The notes beneath the pieces were generated by a model, which saw only the letters and a list, made by a program, of their open reading frames with translations, was not told the DNA's origin and did no database searches. 35,835 bases of DNA from contig PKZK01000187.1 in NCBI GenBank assembly GCA_003133025.1, forward strand, positions 21,243 through 57,077. The letters are read 5' to 3'. Position numbers and translations under genes: made by a program. This stretch comes from Vulcanimicrobiota bacterium (GTDB taxonomy: Bacteria; Vulcanimicrobiota; Vulcanimicrobiia; Vulcanimicrobiales; Vulcanimicrobiaceae). This document shows, in pieces, positions 17,456 through 27,585 of this stretch (positions are counted from its first letter, which is position 1; the number at the start of each line of letters is the position of its first letter).

Positions 17456-18871
17456 TCAGTCCGCGAGCGACACGATCGACGGGATACCCAGGATCGCCTT
17501 GGCCGCCGCAACGCCGCTCTGATACGCGGCGCTGAGCGTGCCGTACGAGTGCATCGATAGCGCCTCGCCCGCGAAATAGAGTTGATTTCCGCCCAGCGGC
17601 GTAACCGGAACGCGCCGCGCGGGCACCCCGCCCGGCTTCGCATACGTATAGCTGCCCCGCGTCCACGGATTCTTCAACCACGGCGTGAACGACGACGCAT
17701 GAAAGCGTTTGGCCTTCGGAAAACTCTTGGCCACCGTTTCGAGCGCGAATGCTTTCGAGGCCTCGATCCCCCGCCCGTCGAGCGCGATCCCGCGATCGCC
17801 GCCGAAGTACACGACCGCCACGTTGTGGTCCCACAGTTTGGCGATCACCGCCGGCGTCTGCTCGCTGTCGACGGCCTGGAAAATGTTCGTATTCGCCGCC
17901 ACGTTCCCGAAGACGTCGGACGAAAAGCCGAGCGCGACCTTTTCGAAGACGCCCATCGGCAGATCGTCGATCGCCTGACGGTACGCCTCCGGGAGCGCGG
18001 GCTCGAACCGTATCGCCTCGGCGGCCAACACGCCCATCGACACGGTGACGATGACCAAACCCGCCGTGATCGCGCCCTTGCTCGTGGCGAGCACCGCGCC
18101 CTCGCGACCGCCGTACGCGATCGACTTCACCGGAGTATCGAGGCTGATGTTCAATCCGTTGGCAAACGACGCGATGAAATTGCCCATGCCGCCGCGCAAG
18201 AGGTAGTCGTCGCCCGAGAGCGCCTCGGTGAAATTACCCAGATCGAAGGCGGAACTCTTGCCGAACTCGGCCCCGGCGGTCAGCGGCCCGATCAGCGCTT
18301 CTACCAGATTCGTCCACGGCTTGCCCGCAAGCCCGGCCAGTCGCAGCGCGGTCGCGCCGTTGACGTCGGGCTTGCCCAGATAGACGCGTTCGCCGCTTTG
18401 GGCCAGCGCGGCCGATGCCTTCTCGTAGAGCGCGTCGAGCTTCTCCGTCGCCGCAGCGTCATACCTAGAGCCGCGCCACACCTGGCGCGGTGCCGTATCT
18501 TCAACCGGGTGCAGCCCCCGTGCGCGCGCCACGTCGAAGAGCGGATTGCCCCCGAGCACCTGATGAAACCACTGCGCGCCACGGTCAAAGACGACGCCCG
18601 GAAACGTCGTGTTGTCGCTCACGCAGCGGCCGCCGACGCGGTCCATCGCCTCGAGCACGATCACCCGCTTCCCCGCACGGGTCAGGATTTGCGCCGCAGC
18701 CATCCCGGCGATGCCCGCCCCGACGATCGCCACATCATAGCTCGCACTCGCCGACGCCGCCGGAGCCGGCGACTCGAGCGCGTAAACCGGAAGCGCGCTG
18801 CCCGCGACCGCCGATCCCGCAAGACCACAGAGAAAACTGCGGCGAGTTCCTAAACGCGTCGATGCATTCAT
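17456..18871 (-). CDS. Tat-exported flavin monoamine oxidase family protein
   Basis: TRRSFL twin-arginine motif, IVGAGIAG FAD loop, LEAMDRVGGR, GAQWFH, WTRGSY, LYFAGEA. Confidence 0.9.
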   Translation of the reverse strand: MNASTRLGTRRSFLCGLAGSAVAGSALPVYALESPAPAASASASYDVAIVGAGIAGMAAAQILTRAGKRVIVLEAMDRVGGRCVSDNTTFPGVVFDRGAQWFHQVLGGNPLFDVARARGLHPVEDTAPRQVWRGSRYDAAATEKLDALYEKASAALAQSGERVYLGKPDVNGATALRLAGLAGKPWTNLVEALIGPLTAGAEFGKSSAFDLGNFTEALSGDDYLLRGGMGNFIASFANGLNISLDTPVKSIAYGGREGAVLATSKGAITAGLVIVTVSMGVLAAEAIRFEPALPEAYRQAIDDLPMGVFEKVALGFSSDVFGNVAANTNIFQAVDSEQTPAVIAKLWDHNVAVVYFGGDRGIALDGRGIEASKAFALETVAKSFPKAKRFHASSFTPWLKNPWTRGSYTYAKPGGVPARRVPVTPLGGNQLYFAGEALSMHSYGTLSAAYQSGVAAAKAILGIPSIVSLAD

Positions 18872-19005
18872 GCGCCGCTTTTCGCGACGGCGCAGCCGCA
18901 GGCCCTTACGGCAGTCCGTCAACACGGTATGCACGCCGGCAACGACACGAGGACAGGGCGGCTCTGCCTCGATCCAGTTGCTCGCAACGCCGATCGTAGG
19001 CTCGG

Positions 19006-20493
19006 CTACGTCTGAATCCAGCCCAACGAGCGCTGCACGGCGCGCCTCCACTGCGCATAGCCCGCCTCGCGGAGCGCGGCGTCGGGCGCGGGTTCGAAGC
19101 GCCGCTCGACGGCTCGCCGCGCCTCGATCGTTTCACGGTCCAGCACGCCCGCGCCGACGCCCGCGAGGCATGCAGCCCCGAGCGCCGTCGTCTCGGTCAC
19201 GAGTGGACGCAGTACCGGCACGCCGAGCACGTCGCACTGGATCTGCATCAGCAAATCGTTCGTCGCCGCACCGCCATCGACGCACAATTCCCGAATCGTC
19301 AAGCCTGAGGCGGCTTCCATCGCCGCCACCGCGTCCCTCGTCTGAAAGGCGATCGCCTCGAGCGTCGCGCGCGCGATGTGCGCCTTGGTCGTGCCGCGCG
19401 TGATGCCGAGCAACGTGCCGCGGGCATACGCATCCCAATGCGGCGCACCCAGTCCCGCGAGTGCGGGCACGAACGTAACGCCGCCGTTGTCGTCCACGCC
19501 GGCGGCCAGTTCCTCGACGCCTGCCGACGACGCGATGATGCCCAGCCCGTCGCGCAACCACTGCACCGCCGCACCCGCGATGAAGATCGAGCCTTCGAGC
19601 GCGTATTCCGCGGGCCGTCCCTCGAGCCGCCAGGCGACGGTCGTGAGCACGCCGGCGCCGCGCAGGCACGCCTCGCCGGTGTTCATCACCACGAAGGCAC
19701 CGGTCCCGTACGTGTTCTTCGCCATCCCCGGCGTGAAGCAGGCCTGTCCGAAGAGTGCCGCCTGCTGGTCGCCGGCGATTCCCGCGATCGGCACCGGCGC
19801 GCCCAGAAACTGCGCGTCCGCGGTGGCCAGTTGCCCGGCCGATGAGACGACCTCGGGCAGCAAAGCGCGCGGAATCTCGAGCACGTCCAGCAACTCGTCG
19901 TCCCAATCCAGCGTGTGAATATTGAAGAGCAACGTCCGGCTCGCATTGCTCGCGTCGGTCACGTGCGTCTTGCCGCCGCTGAGCTTGTAGACGAGCCAAC
20001 TGTCGACGGTGCCGAAGGCCAGCTCGCCGTCGCGCGCGCGACGCATCGCGCCCTCGACGTTGCGCAGCAACCACGCGAGCTTCGTGCCCGCGAAGTAAGG
20101 ATCGAGCACGAGCCCCGTCTTCGCCGCAAACGTCACTTCGAGTCCGCGCATTTTCAGCGCGTCGCAGAACCCCGAAGTGCGCCTATCTTGCCACACGATC
20201 GCGCGATGCAGCGGTTCGCCCGTCTTGCGATCCCAGAGCAGCGTCGTCTCGCGCTGGTTCGCGATGCCCAGCGCGACGATCTCCTCGGGCCGCGTGTCCG
20301 TCTGCGCCAGAACGTCGCGGACGGTGCCGATTTGACTCTCCCAAATGTCGTCGGGATCGTGTTCCACCCAGCCGGGCTGCGGGAAGTGTTGGGGCAACTC
20401 GCGTTGCGCCGCACCCAGCGGACGGCCGGCGAGATCGAACAGCACGCTGCGGCTGCTCGTCGTACCCTGATCGAGCGCCAGGAGACATCGCAC
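19006..20493 (-). CDS. glpK: Glycerol kinase
   Basis: [54 protein letters not shown]. Confidence 0.97.
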   Translation of the reverse strand: MRCLLALDQGTTSSRSVLFDLAGRPLGAAQRELPQHFPQPGWVEHDPDDIWESQIGTVRDVLAQTDTRPEEIVALGIANQRETTLLWDRKTGEPLHRAIVWQDRRTSGFCDALKMRGLEVTFAAKTGLVLDPYFAGTKLAWLLRNVEGAMRRARDGELAFGTVDSWLVYKLSGGKTHVTDASNASRTLLFNIHTLDWDDELLDVLEIPRALLPEVVSSAGQLATADAQFLGAPVPIAGIAGDQQAALFGQACFTPGMAKNTYGTGAFVVMNTGEACLRGAGVLTTVAWRLEGRPAEYALEGSIFIAGAAVQWLRDGLGIIASSAGVEELAAGVDDNGGVTFVPALAGLGAPHWDAYARGTLLGITRGTTKAHIARATLEAIAFQTRDAVAAMEAASGLTIRELCVDGGAATNDLLMQIQCDVLGVPVLRPLVTETTALGAACLAGVGAGVLDRETIEARRAVERRFEPAPDAALREAGYAQWRRAVQRSLGWIQT

Positions 20494-20520
20494 GAGCGCT
20501 CGCCTTCAGGGAACCTCGCG

Positions 20521-21564
20521 CTAAATCCGCTGCATCATCGCCCAGATCTTGCTCAGTTGCGCGCCGCCGCTGACCGAGTAGTTCGAGCCCGCATAACCCC
20601 ACCAATCCCAGCAGCCGTACGGATTGTACGTCGAGTCCGGGATCGCTTGCGGGTAGAGCACGATGATGCTGTTGGTGTCGGCCCACTCGTTGAGGCCCGA
20701 CTCGGTCACGAATTGCGTTCCGATGAACGACTGGCCCATCTCGCACCCGTGCAGCGCCACGATCAACTTGCATTTCGCACCGCTCGCGCAGTTCGCCGGC
20801 ACGAAGACGTACGCGCTCGAATCCATGTCGAACGCGGCGTACGGGCTCTGGTTGAACTGAATGAGCTTGCCGCTCAGCGTCCCGTTGTTGCGCGCGTTGA
20901 GCGTTCCGAACAAGCCGGTCAGAAACGTTTGTTCCGCGTCGAAGCCGCAGTTGATCAAGAAGGGTTCGCCGAGCGTGGAGCACGACGTCGTCACGTCGGG
21001 CGTCACCCAGCCGTGCTCGGCCGCGGTCGTATAATTCGTCGTCGCTGAGATGCCGTAAAACGTGTCCATCGTCTGCGCCGATTTGGCCACGCTCTGCGCC
21101 ACGACGCTGTCGAGCGTGCCCGAAAATATCCACGCATAACGGCCCTTGAGGTTGCTGACGCAGTCCATGTAGATGCACGACGCGTTGTCGGTGTCGTACT
21201 CCAGCGTACTCACCGGAACAGGCCCGTACTCCGTACCGGCGCAGAGATAGAGCGCATCCAAAGCGTCGTCTTGCGCGCAGAAAAACGGCGAGCCCGCGAA
21301 GGTCGCCTCGCCCTTGATCTTCGACGAATGCGCGTAGAGCAGCTGGGTCGCCATGTCCGAGCCCGACGAGATGCCCGCGACCGCGACGTTGCTCCAATCG
21401 AGGTTGTACGCGGCCAGCGTGGGCAGGGTCTGCGGCCGGGCTCGCGTCTGCGAAGCGCCGTGGTGCACCGCAGAGGTCATGCCTTGGACGGCGGCGCCCG
21501 AGGCGCCGATGGCCAGCGCGCATGGCAGAATCAGCAGCGTCCAAAGCCTGGTGAGTTGCTTCAT
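20521..21564 (-). CDS. Secreted PHB-depolymerase-type esterase (type II catalytic arrangement)
   Basis: Signal peptide; N-proximal lipase box GISSG, GTLDSVV (Asp), AEHG (His), C-proximal VALHGC, VLYPQ, NPYGCWDWWGY. Confidence 0.85.
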   Translation of the reverse strand: MKQLTRLWTLLILPCALAIGASGAAVQGMTSAVHHGASQTRARPQTLPTLAAYNLDWSNVAVAGISSGSDMATQLLYAHSSKIKGEATFAGSPFFCAQDDALDALYLCAGTEYGPVPVSTLEYDTDNASCIYMDCVSNLKGRYAWIFSGTLDSVVAQSVAKSAQTMDTFYGISATTNYTTAAEHGWVTPDVTTSCSTLGEPFLINCGFDAEQTFLTGLFGTLNARNNGTLSGKLIQFNQSPYAAFDMDSSAYVFVPANCASGAKCKLIVALHGCEMGQSFIGTQFVTESGLNEWADTNSIIVLYPQAIPDSTYNPYGCWDWWGYAGSNYSVSGGAQLSKIWAMMQRI

Positions 21565-21678
21565 GCAGATCGTCTCCTCGCGCCGACAGCCCGGCGTGAA
21601 AAAACTTTACAGCAGGAGCATCGGCGGCGCAAGATATTCCCACGGATTTCTTCCGCCGCCTCGCGAAATGCCTCGGCA

Positions 21679-22488
21679 ATGATCGAATGGTTCGAACAGT
21701 TTCCGCTCCTTCCCGGAGCGATACTCGTCATCGGCGGCTTCGTGCTGCTCTCCATCGGCATGGCGCGCCTGACCCACAGCCTCGCCGCAACGGAAGTGCT
21801 GCGCGATCACAACGACCTGGCCGGGTTTATCTTCGCCGTGGTCGGCGTCATCTACGCGGTGCTGCTCGGGTTCATCGCCATCGGCGTGTGGGAGCGCTAC
21901 ACCGGCGCCGAGAGCCGCACGTACGACGAGGCCGCGCAACTGACCATCGTCTATCGGTATGCCGGCACGTTCCCGGAACGGAGGGCCGAGCTACGGCACG
22001 ACCTGCGCGAGTACGTGGGCGCGATCGTCGAGCGCGTCTGGCCGGCGATGCAGCGCGGCAAGATCGCCGCCATCGACGACACGCAGTCCGAACGGCTGGC
22101 GACGACGGTCAACGGCCTGGCTCCGAAGGATTTCGGCCACGCCAACATCCAGCGCGCGATGATCGATGCAATGTCCACCGCGCTCGTCGACCGGGACGAG
22201 CGCCTGACCGAGGACGCCACCGGACTCAACGGCATCATGTGGGCCATCGTCATCTGCGGGGCGTTCATCACCGTGGGTTTCAGTTATCTCTTCGGCTTCA
22301 AGCGCTCCGCGCTCCAATCGACCATGATCGGCGGCCTGGCTCTGCTGATCGGCCTGATCATCTTTCTGACGATGAGCTTGGACTATCCGTACCGCGGTAC
22401 GATCCGTGTCGGTCCCGAGGCGTTCGAACGCGCCCTCGGGAGCTTCGATACGATCGATCGCGCCGACGCCGCAAATCGTGCGCGATGA
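21679..22488 (+). CDS. DUF4239-type (bestrophin-like) membrane protein
   Basis: HNDLAGFIFAVVGVIYAVLLGF..VWE, LREY, LDYPYRG; 4 TM-like segments. Confidence 0.8.
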   Translation: MIEWFEQFPLLPGAILVIGGFVLLSIGMARLTHSLAATEVLRDHNDLAGFIFAVVGVIYAVLLGFIAIGVWERYTGAESRTYDEAAQLTIVYRYAGTFPERRAELRHDLREYVGAIVERVWPAMQRGKIAAIDDTQSERLATTVNGLAPKDFGHANIQRAMIDAMSTALVDRDERLTEDATGLNGIMWAIVICGAFITVGFSYLFGFKRSALQSTMIGGLALLIGLIIFLTMSLDYPYRGTIRVGPEAFERALGSFDTIDRADAANRAR

Positions 22489-23680
22489 GCGCGTAGCCGG
22501 CCCGCTCCTCGCGCTCGCCGGACTCTCCCTCGGCGCATGGATCGGCCTGAGCCTGGCCCGAGGCCGTTTCTGGAGCGTCGAACCGCCCGTCCGGCTCACT
22601 GCCTCCGACGCCGGCGCCCTGCCCTCCGTCGCAGCCGTCGTTCCCGCTCGCAACGAAGCCGAAACGATCGGACTCGCCGTCCGCTCCTTGCGCCAGCAGA
22701 ATTACGCCGGGCCCTTTAGCATCACGGTCGTCGACGACGCGAGTTCGGATGCCACGGCGGCGGTCGCACGCGTCGCCGCGGAGGGCATCGGCGGCGCAAG
22801 CTCGCTGGAAGTGGTGGCGTGCCGGCCGCTGACCGAACCGTGGACCGGCAAAGTCAATGCCCTCGACGCCGGCGTACATCACGTGCTCTCGTCGCGCGGC
22901 CGTCCGGACTACTGGCTCTTCACCGACGCCGACATCGTGCACGACCCGGCGAACCTCGCGAACCTGATCGACATCGCGCGGAGCGGCGAGCTCGACCTCG
23001 CTTCGCTGATGGTGTTGCTGCATTGTGAGAGCCGCTGGGAGCGCCTACTCATGCCCGCGTTCGTCTTCTTCTTTCGCAAGTTGTACCCGTTCGCGTGGTC
23101 TAACGACCCCACGCGCCGCACGGCCGCGGCCGCCGGCGGCTGCGTCCTGATTCGGGCCGATGCCCTCGACCGCATCGGCGGCCTGAGCGCGATCGCGGGC
23201 GAGATCATCGACGATTGCGCGCTGGCCGGCGCCGTCAAGAGCAGCGGCGGCTCGACCTGGCTCGGCCTCACGCGCAGCACGCGCAGCATACGCCGCTACA
23301 CCACGCTCGAGCCGATCTGGTCGATGGTCAAGCGCACGGCTTTCACCCAGTTGCAGCGGTCGTACGCGGTGACCGCGCTCGCCGTCGCAGGCATGATCGT
23401 CGCCTATCTGCTGCCACCCGCGCTCACGGTCGCAGGCGTCGTCCGGACCGATGCCAAGCTCTTGCTCGTGGCCGGCTTGGCCTGGGCCGCGATGTCGCTC
23501 CTCTATGTGCCCACGCTACGGCTCTACGATCGCCCCGCGCACGAGGCGCTCGCGCTTCCCCTCGCGGCGACGCTCTACGTCGCGATGACGGTCGATTCCG
23601 CAATTGCGGGCGCGCGCGGGCGCGGCGGCGCGTGGAAGGGGCGGACCTATAGCTCGTCCGGAGAACCCAGCGGCGGATGA
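22478..23680 (+). CDS. hpnB: Hopanoid-associated GT2 glycosyltransferase
   Basis: VVPARNEA, VVDDASSDAT, WTGK, FTDAD (DxD), FVFFF.KLYPF, AAAAGGCVLIR, IIDDCALA, GGAWKGRTY. Start uncertain (GTG 22478). Confidence 0.85.
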   Translation: MRDERVAGPLLALAGLSLGAWIGLSLARGRFWSVEPPVRLTASDAGALPSVAAVVPARNEAETIGLAVRSLRQQNYAGPFSITVVDDASSDATAAVARVAAEGIGGASSLEVVACRPLTEPWTGKVNALDAGVHHVLSSRGRPDYWLFTDADIVHDPANLANLIDIARSGELDLASLMVLLHCESRWERLLMPAFVFFFRKLYPFAWSNDPTRRTAAAAGGCVLIRADALDRIGGLSAIAGEIIDDCALAGAVKSSGGSTWLGLTRSTRSIRRYTTLEPIWSMVKRTAFTQLQRSYAVTALAVAGMIVAYLLPPALTVAGVVRTDAKLLLVAGLAWAAMSLLYVPTLRLYDRPAHEALALPLAATLYVAMTVDSAIAGARGRGGAWKGRTYSSSGEPSGG

Positions 23681-23690
23681 GCCTCCTTTC

Positions 23691-24734
23691 GTGACGAGCC
23701 CGCGCGGCTGGATCGTCGGCGCCGCCGTTATCGGCGGGGCCGTGCTCCTGTGGAACGTGCTCGCCGGAGCGCTGTCGCCGCTGGTGTTGCTCTTCACGGC
23801 GGTACTTTTCGCGGCGGGACTTCGGCCCAGCGTCGATCGGTTGAGCCGGCGCATGCCCTTCGGTGTAGCGGTGGGCATCTCGTTCGGCGCGGTCGTGCTC
23901 GCCATCGTCTCGGTGGGCCTCGTGCTCACGCTGCCGCTCGGCGCGGAACTCACGCGCTTGGTTCACTCGGTGCCCACCTACGCGGCCGCGCTCCAGGATC
24001 GTTTCATCGCGGCCGAGCGGCACTTCCGCAAGGACGAGGCCGCTAACCGCATCGCATCGGTGCTCTCCGGCAGCGCCGGCAGCGTCGCACGCGAACTCGG
24101 TCAGCACGTGCTCGACGGCACGGCGATTGCGGCTTCGACCATCGGCAACCTGCTCTTGATCCTGCTGCTCGCAATCGGCTGGATGTTATCCTCCGACGAT
24201 CTCGGGCGCTTTCTGTTGAGCCTCATGCCACCCTCGGTGCGCTCGGATTGGCACGATGCGTTCGCCGACATCGGCACGCGCTTGAGCGCCTACGTCCAGG
24301 GCGTGGCGATCAACGGTTCGATCGTCGGGGTATTGATGGGCGTAGCGTTGGCGCTGCTCGGCGTGCCTTACGCTATTCTCTTGGGCGTCATCACCGCGAT
24401 CTTCCAAGCGATCCCCATGGTGGGCGCGGTGATTTCGGGGCCGATCATGCTCTTGGTCGTGCTCGCCACCAGCGGCTGGACCAAGATGCTCGTCGCCGCC
24501 GCGATCTTCGCGATCGTTCAGGTGGTCGATCAAAACGTGCTCTCACCGATCATCTTCGGCCAGCGTTTGCAATTGAGTTTTCTGCTGATCATCCTCTCGA
24601 CGATCGTTGGCGGCACGCTGCTGGGCATCGGGGGCGCGTTTCTCGCCGTGCCCGCGGCCGCGGTGCTCCAAGTGATTGCGGTGCGCATCGTCGCACCCGC
24701 CATCCGACGGGCCAACGGCGTCGAAGCCGGCTGA
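23691..24734 (+). CDS. AI-2E family transporter
   Basis: LSAYVQG, LGVPYAILLG, IPMVG, NVLSPIIFG, GGTLLGIGGAFLAVP; start GTG 23691. Confidence 0.9.
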   Translation: MTSPRGWIVGAAVIGGAVLLWNVLAGALSPLVLLFTAVLFAAGLRPSVDRLSRRMPFGVAVGISFGAVVLAIVSVGLVLTLPLGAELTRLVHSVPTYAAALQDRFIAAERHFRKDEAANRIASVLSGSAGSVARELGQHVLDGTAIAASTIGNLLLILLLAIGWMLSSDDLGRFLLSLMPPSVRSDWHDAFADIGTRLSAYVQGVAINGSIVGVLMGVALALLGVPYAILLGVITAIFQAIPMVGAVISGPIMLLVVLATSGWTKMLVAAAIFAIVQVVDQNVLSPIIFGQRLQLSFLLIILSTIVGGTLLGIGGAFLAVPAAAVLQVIAVRIVAPAIRRANGVEAG

Positions 24735-24805
24735 GCCGTGCGCAGCCTCACACCGCCGCGTGACGCAACAGGAACGGGCAACACGACGGAGGGACCGACG
24801 CCCTC

Positions 24806-26047
24806 ATGCAGTTTTCGAGCAAGACGTTGCCCAGCCTCACCGCGTGTTGCCTGGCACTGGCCTCTCTCCCGCTCCCGGGCGATGCGTCGCCGATAAACGG
24901 GCGGCACTTGGTGCGGCCCGGGATTCGTGCGAGCGGCTCCGTCGGAACGATTTACTATCATTTCGATCTGCCCCTCAAGAATCTCGACCAGGCCGGCGAC
25001 ACTCTGACCCTCACCGGCGACAATTACACCGACCTGATCATGTCGTCGTACATAGGCGGCGTGCTCTTGGGACGTAACCTCAACGAGTTGTACCCCGGAC
25101 TGCAATTCAACAAGGACTATCTCTACGGCACGCTCTGGGGTCAACTGCTCCAGGAGAACATCGACACCTCGCTCTACGTCGCGGGCCAGCCGCTGATCGA
25201 TCCCTCGTCGCAGCAGCAGGCCGTGATGGGCGTCGGGCAAGGCGGCCCGTTCCAGATCAACAACTACGACGTCGACCTCGTGTACGGCAGCTATGCGCCG
25301 CAGGGCTTCGCGCTGCTCAACTACGTCGCGATCCAGGCCGGCATCGGCTTCACCTTCGCGCAGGCGCCGACCCAGTGGGAAGAGCCGACCCCGCCGCCGT
25401 TCAACAACAAATACTTCGGTCCCGAACTCGCGGCGTTCTTCCACACCAACGACATGCGTTCGCTCACCCAGCTCGGCACGACCGATTACAGCCCCGCGCC
25501 GAAATTCACCGCATGCTTGAACCAGCTCGCGAACGTGCAAAACCCGCCGCTCGACGTGATCGTGAACTACGCCTACAACCAGGGCTTCTACGGCGGCCTC
25601 GTCGACCAGTCGACGACCGCCTGCGCCCAGAACCCCAGCGCTTTCGTCAAAAAATACGATAGCCTCGACAACGCGAAGGGCGACAGCTACCACCAGTATC
25701 CGTACCAGGTTCGTTTCTACCTGGACGAACTCTACAACGAGTCGACGATCAAGCCCAAGACCGACAACCACCTCGACTTCGAAACGAGCGAATTGGAGAC
25801 GGTCTTCGTCAACGTGATCGGATCGCTCGCGTACCTCAACTCCGCCGGCGTCTACCAGTCGATCCCGCAGAGCACCGCACAGTCGGCCTTCGCCGCCGCG
25901 CTCCGGTCTGCCGGCAACCCGACCTCACTCGACCTCAGCACGCGCTCGCAACGTTCGATCATCTTCTCGATTCTCGAAAACGCGCTGACCAACGTGGAGG
26001 GCAACCTGGGCAGCCAATTCTCCGAGGTCACCCTGGTTCAGTTGTAA
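24806..26047 (+). CDS. Secreted hypothetical protein, putative lysozyme-like fold
   Basis: Signal peptide, strong coding bias, motifs LLQEN / GPFQIN / YAYNQG. Confidence 0.65.
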   Translation: MQFSSKTLPSLTACCLALASLPLPGDASPINGRHLVRPGIRASGSVGTIYYHFDLPLKNLDQAGDTLTLTGDNYTDLIMSSYIGGVLLGRNLNELYPGLQFNKDYLYGTLWGQLLQENIDTSLYVAGQPLIDPSSQQQAVMGVGQGGPFQINNYDVDLVYGSYAPQGFALLNYVAIQAGIGFTFAQAPTQWEEPTPPPFNNKYFGPELAAFFHTNDMRSLTQLGTTDYSPAPKFTACLNQLANVQNPPLDVIVNYAYNQGFYGGLVDQSTTACAQNPSAFVKKYDSLDNAKGDSYHQYPYQVRFYLDELYNESTIKPKTDNHLDFETSELETVFVNVIGSLAYLNSAGVYQSIPQSTAQSAFAAALRSAGNPTSLDLSTRSQRSIIFSILENALTNVEGNLGSQFSEVTLVQL

Positions 26048-26051
26048 ACGA

Positions 26052-27521
26052 TTACCAAGGCCGGCCCGGCGGCCGCTTCGCGTTTCCGGGGCGAGGCGGA
26101 GGGCCTTCGGGGCGAAGCATCGTCAGCGGATACTGCGGCAGGATGAACGGCGGCCGCGGCGCGTGCGTGAAGTCGAAGTCGTTGCGCAAGTCGCCGTATT
26201 GCGCTTCCTGATCGCGATAGTCGGGACGCGGATCGGGACGGCCCGAGTCGGCGATGCTCTCGCCGTTGAGGAAGATGTCCTCGATGAACTTCAGGTAACA
26301 GTCCGAACTGCAGACCTGGTGGTCGATGTAGCCGGTCTTCGCATAGGGACTGATCAACATGGCGGGGACGCGAATGCCCAGGCCGAGTTGATCGAACTGG
26401 AACGGCGGCGGCTCGTGATCGTAGAAGCCGTCGGCGTCGTCCCACATCATGAAGATCGCCGAGCTGTTCCAATCCGGTCCCGACATGATCGCGTTGACCA
26501 AGCCGGTCACGTAGCTCTGGCCGTGCGCGATCGATGCTTGCGGATGTTCGCTGTCGTAGTATTCGGGTAGCAGCCAAGTCACTTGCGGCAGATTTCCCGC
26601 TGCGGCATCGGTATAGAATTGCGTCTGGTTGAGCGAGGCGTTGGCGACCTGGCCATCCTCTTGCACCGTCTCGAATCCGGGAAGCACGTTCCAGATGCCC
26701 GGCGTGCCGTGCTCGCCGAACGGCGTGCCTTGCCCGTGGTCGAGATAGACGCCCCAACTGATGCCGTTCTGGTAGAGCAGATAGGTGATGTCGGTCCAGA
26801 GGTCGGGCATGGGATGGTCGGTCGAATTCCAGGGGATGCCGCCGAACGAACTCGCGCAACTGTTGATGTCGGGCGGATTCAATTGGGTGCACTTAGCCGA
26901 CCAGCCCGAGAAGATCGCCAAGTGATTGGGCTGGCTCCACGATTCGACCGACTCGAAAAAGTGATCCATGAGCACGAAGTTTTTCGCATAGGCCCAGTAG
27001 TTGGGCAGATCGGTGCCGTCGTGATATCCCATCACGTCGACGATGCACCTCGTCGTCATCCGGATGCCCTCGTCTTCGTAACCCGCGCCGGGGAGCGTCC
27101 GGCCTACGTCGCTCGGGCCACACTTCGGACCCAAGAACTGCTCGCGCGCGGCGACGAACCCGTCCATCTTGCCGCCGTCGACGCTGATCGACTGCCACTT
27201 GTGACCGTGAGCGTTGCCTTGGTTGCTGTCGATGTGGTTGGCATAGGGCGTATCGCACTGACTCGGATACCAGGGATCCGGCAAGCAAGGAAGCGGCGAC
27301 GGAAATCCGTCCGCGCCCGGAAACGTGCCGAAATAGTGATCGAACGACCTGTTCTCTTGCACGATGAAGATCACGTGCTGGATGAGACCCGGAACCGAGG
27401 GGCGATAGTTGGCCGGGACCGCCGAGGTCCAGGGAAATGCGGACTGACCGGCCGCGGCAGGCGCGGCAAGTAGCCCAAAACCCAGGATGAACACGAAACC
27501 CGCCCGCACGCGAGTCAACAT
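26052..27521 (-). CDS. Second phosphoesterase / phospholipase C family (PF04185) protein, secreted
   Basis: Signal peptide from ATG 27521; IQHVIFIVQENRSFDHYFG, SEHP, WDDADGFYDH, GLGIRVP. Confidence 0.92.
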   Translation of the reverse strand: MLTRVRAGFVFILGFGLLAAPAAAGQSAFPWTSAVPANYRPSVPGLIQHVIFIVQENRSFDHYFGTFPGADGFPSPLPCLPDPWYPSQCDTPYANHIDSNQGNAHGHKWQSISVDGGKMDGFVAAREQFLGPKCGPSDVGRTLPGAGYEDEGIRMTTRCIVDVMGYHDGTDLPNYWAYAKNFVLMDHFFESVESWSQPNHLAIFSGWSAKCTQLNPPDINSCASSFGGIPWNSTDHPMPDLWTDITYLLYQNGISWGVYLDHGQGTPFGEHGTPGIWNVLPGFETVQEDGQVANASLNQTQFYTDAAAGNLPQVTWLLPEYYDSEHPQASIAHGQSYVTGLVNAIMSGPDWNSSAIFMMWDDADGFYDHEPPPFQFDQLGLGIRVPAMLISPYAKTGYIDHQVCSSDCYLKFIEDIFLNGESIADSGRPDPRPDYRDQEAQYGDLRNDFDFTHAPRPPFILPQYPLTMLRPEGPPPRPGNAKRPPGRPW

Positions 27522-27585
27522 TTTTCCGTCTCCTAAATTGGGGCCGAGACCAGACCGTTTGCGAGGCGGCGCCGCACTCCTTCGG

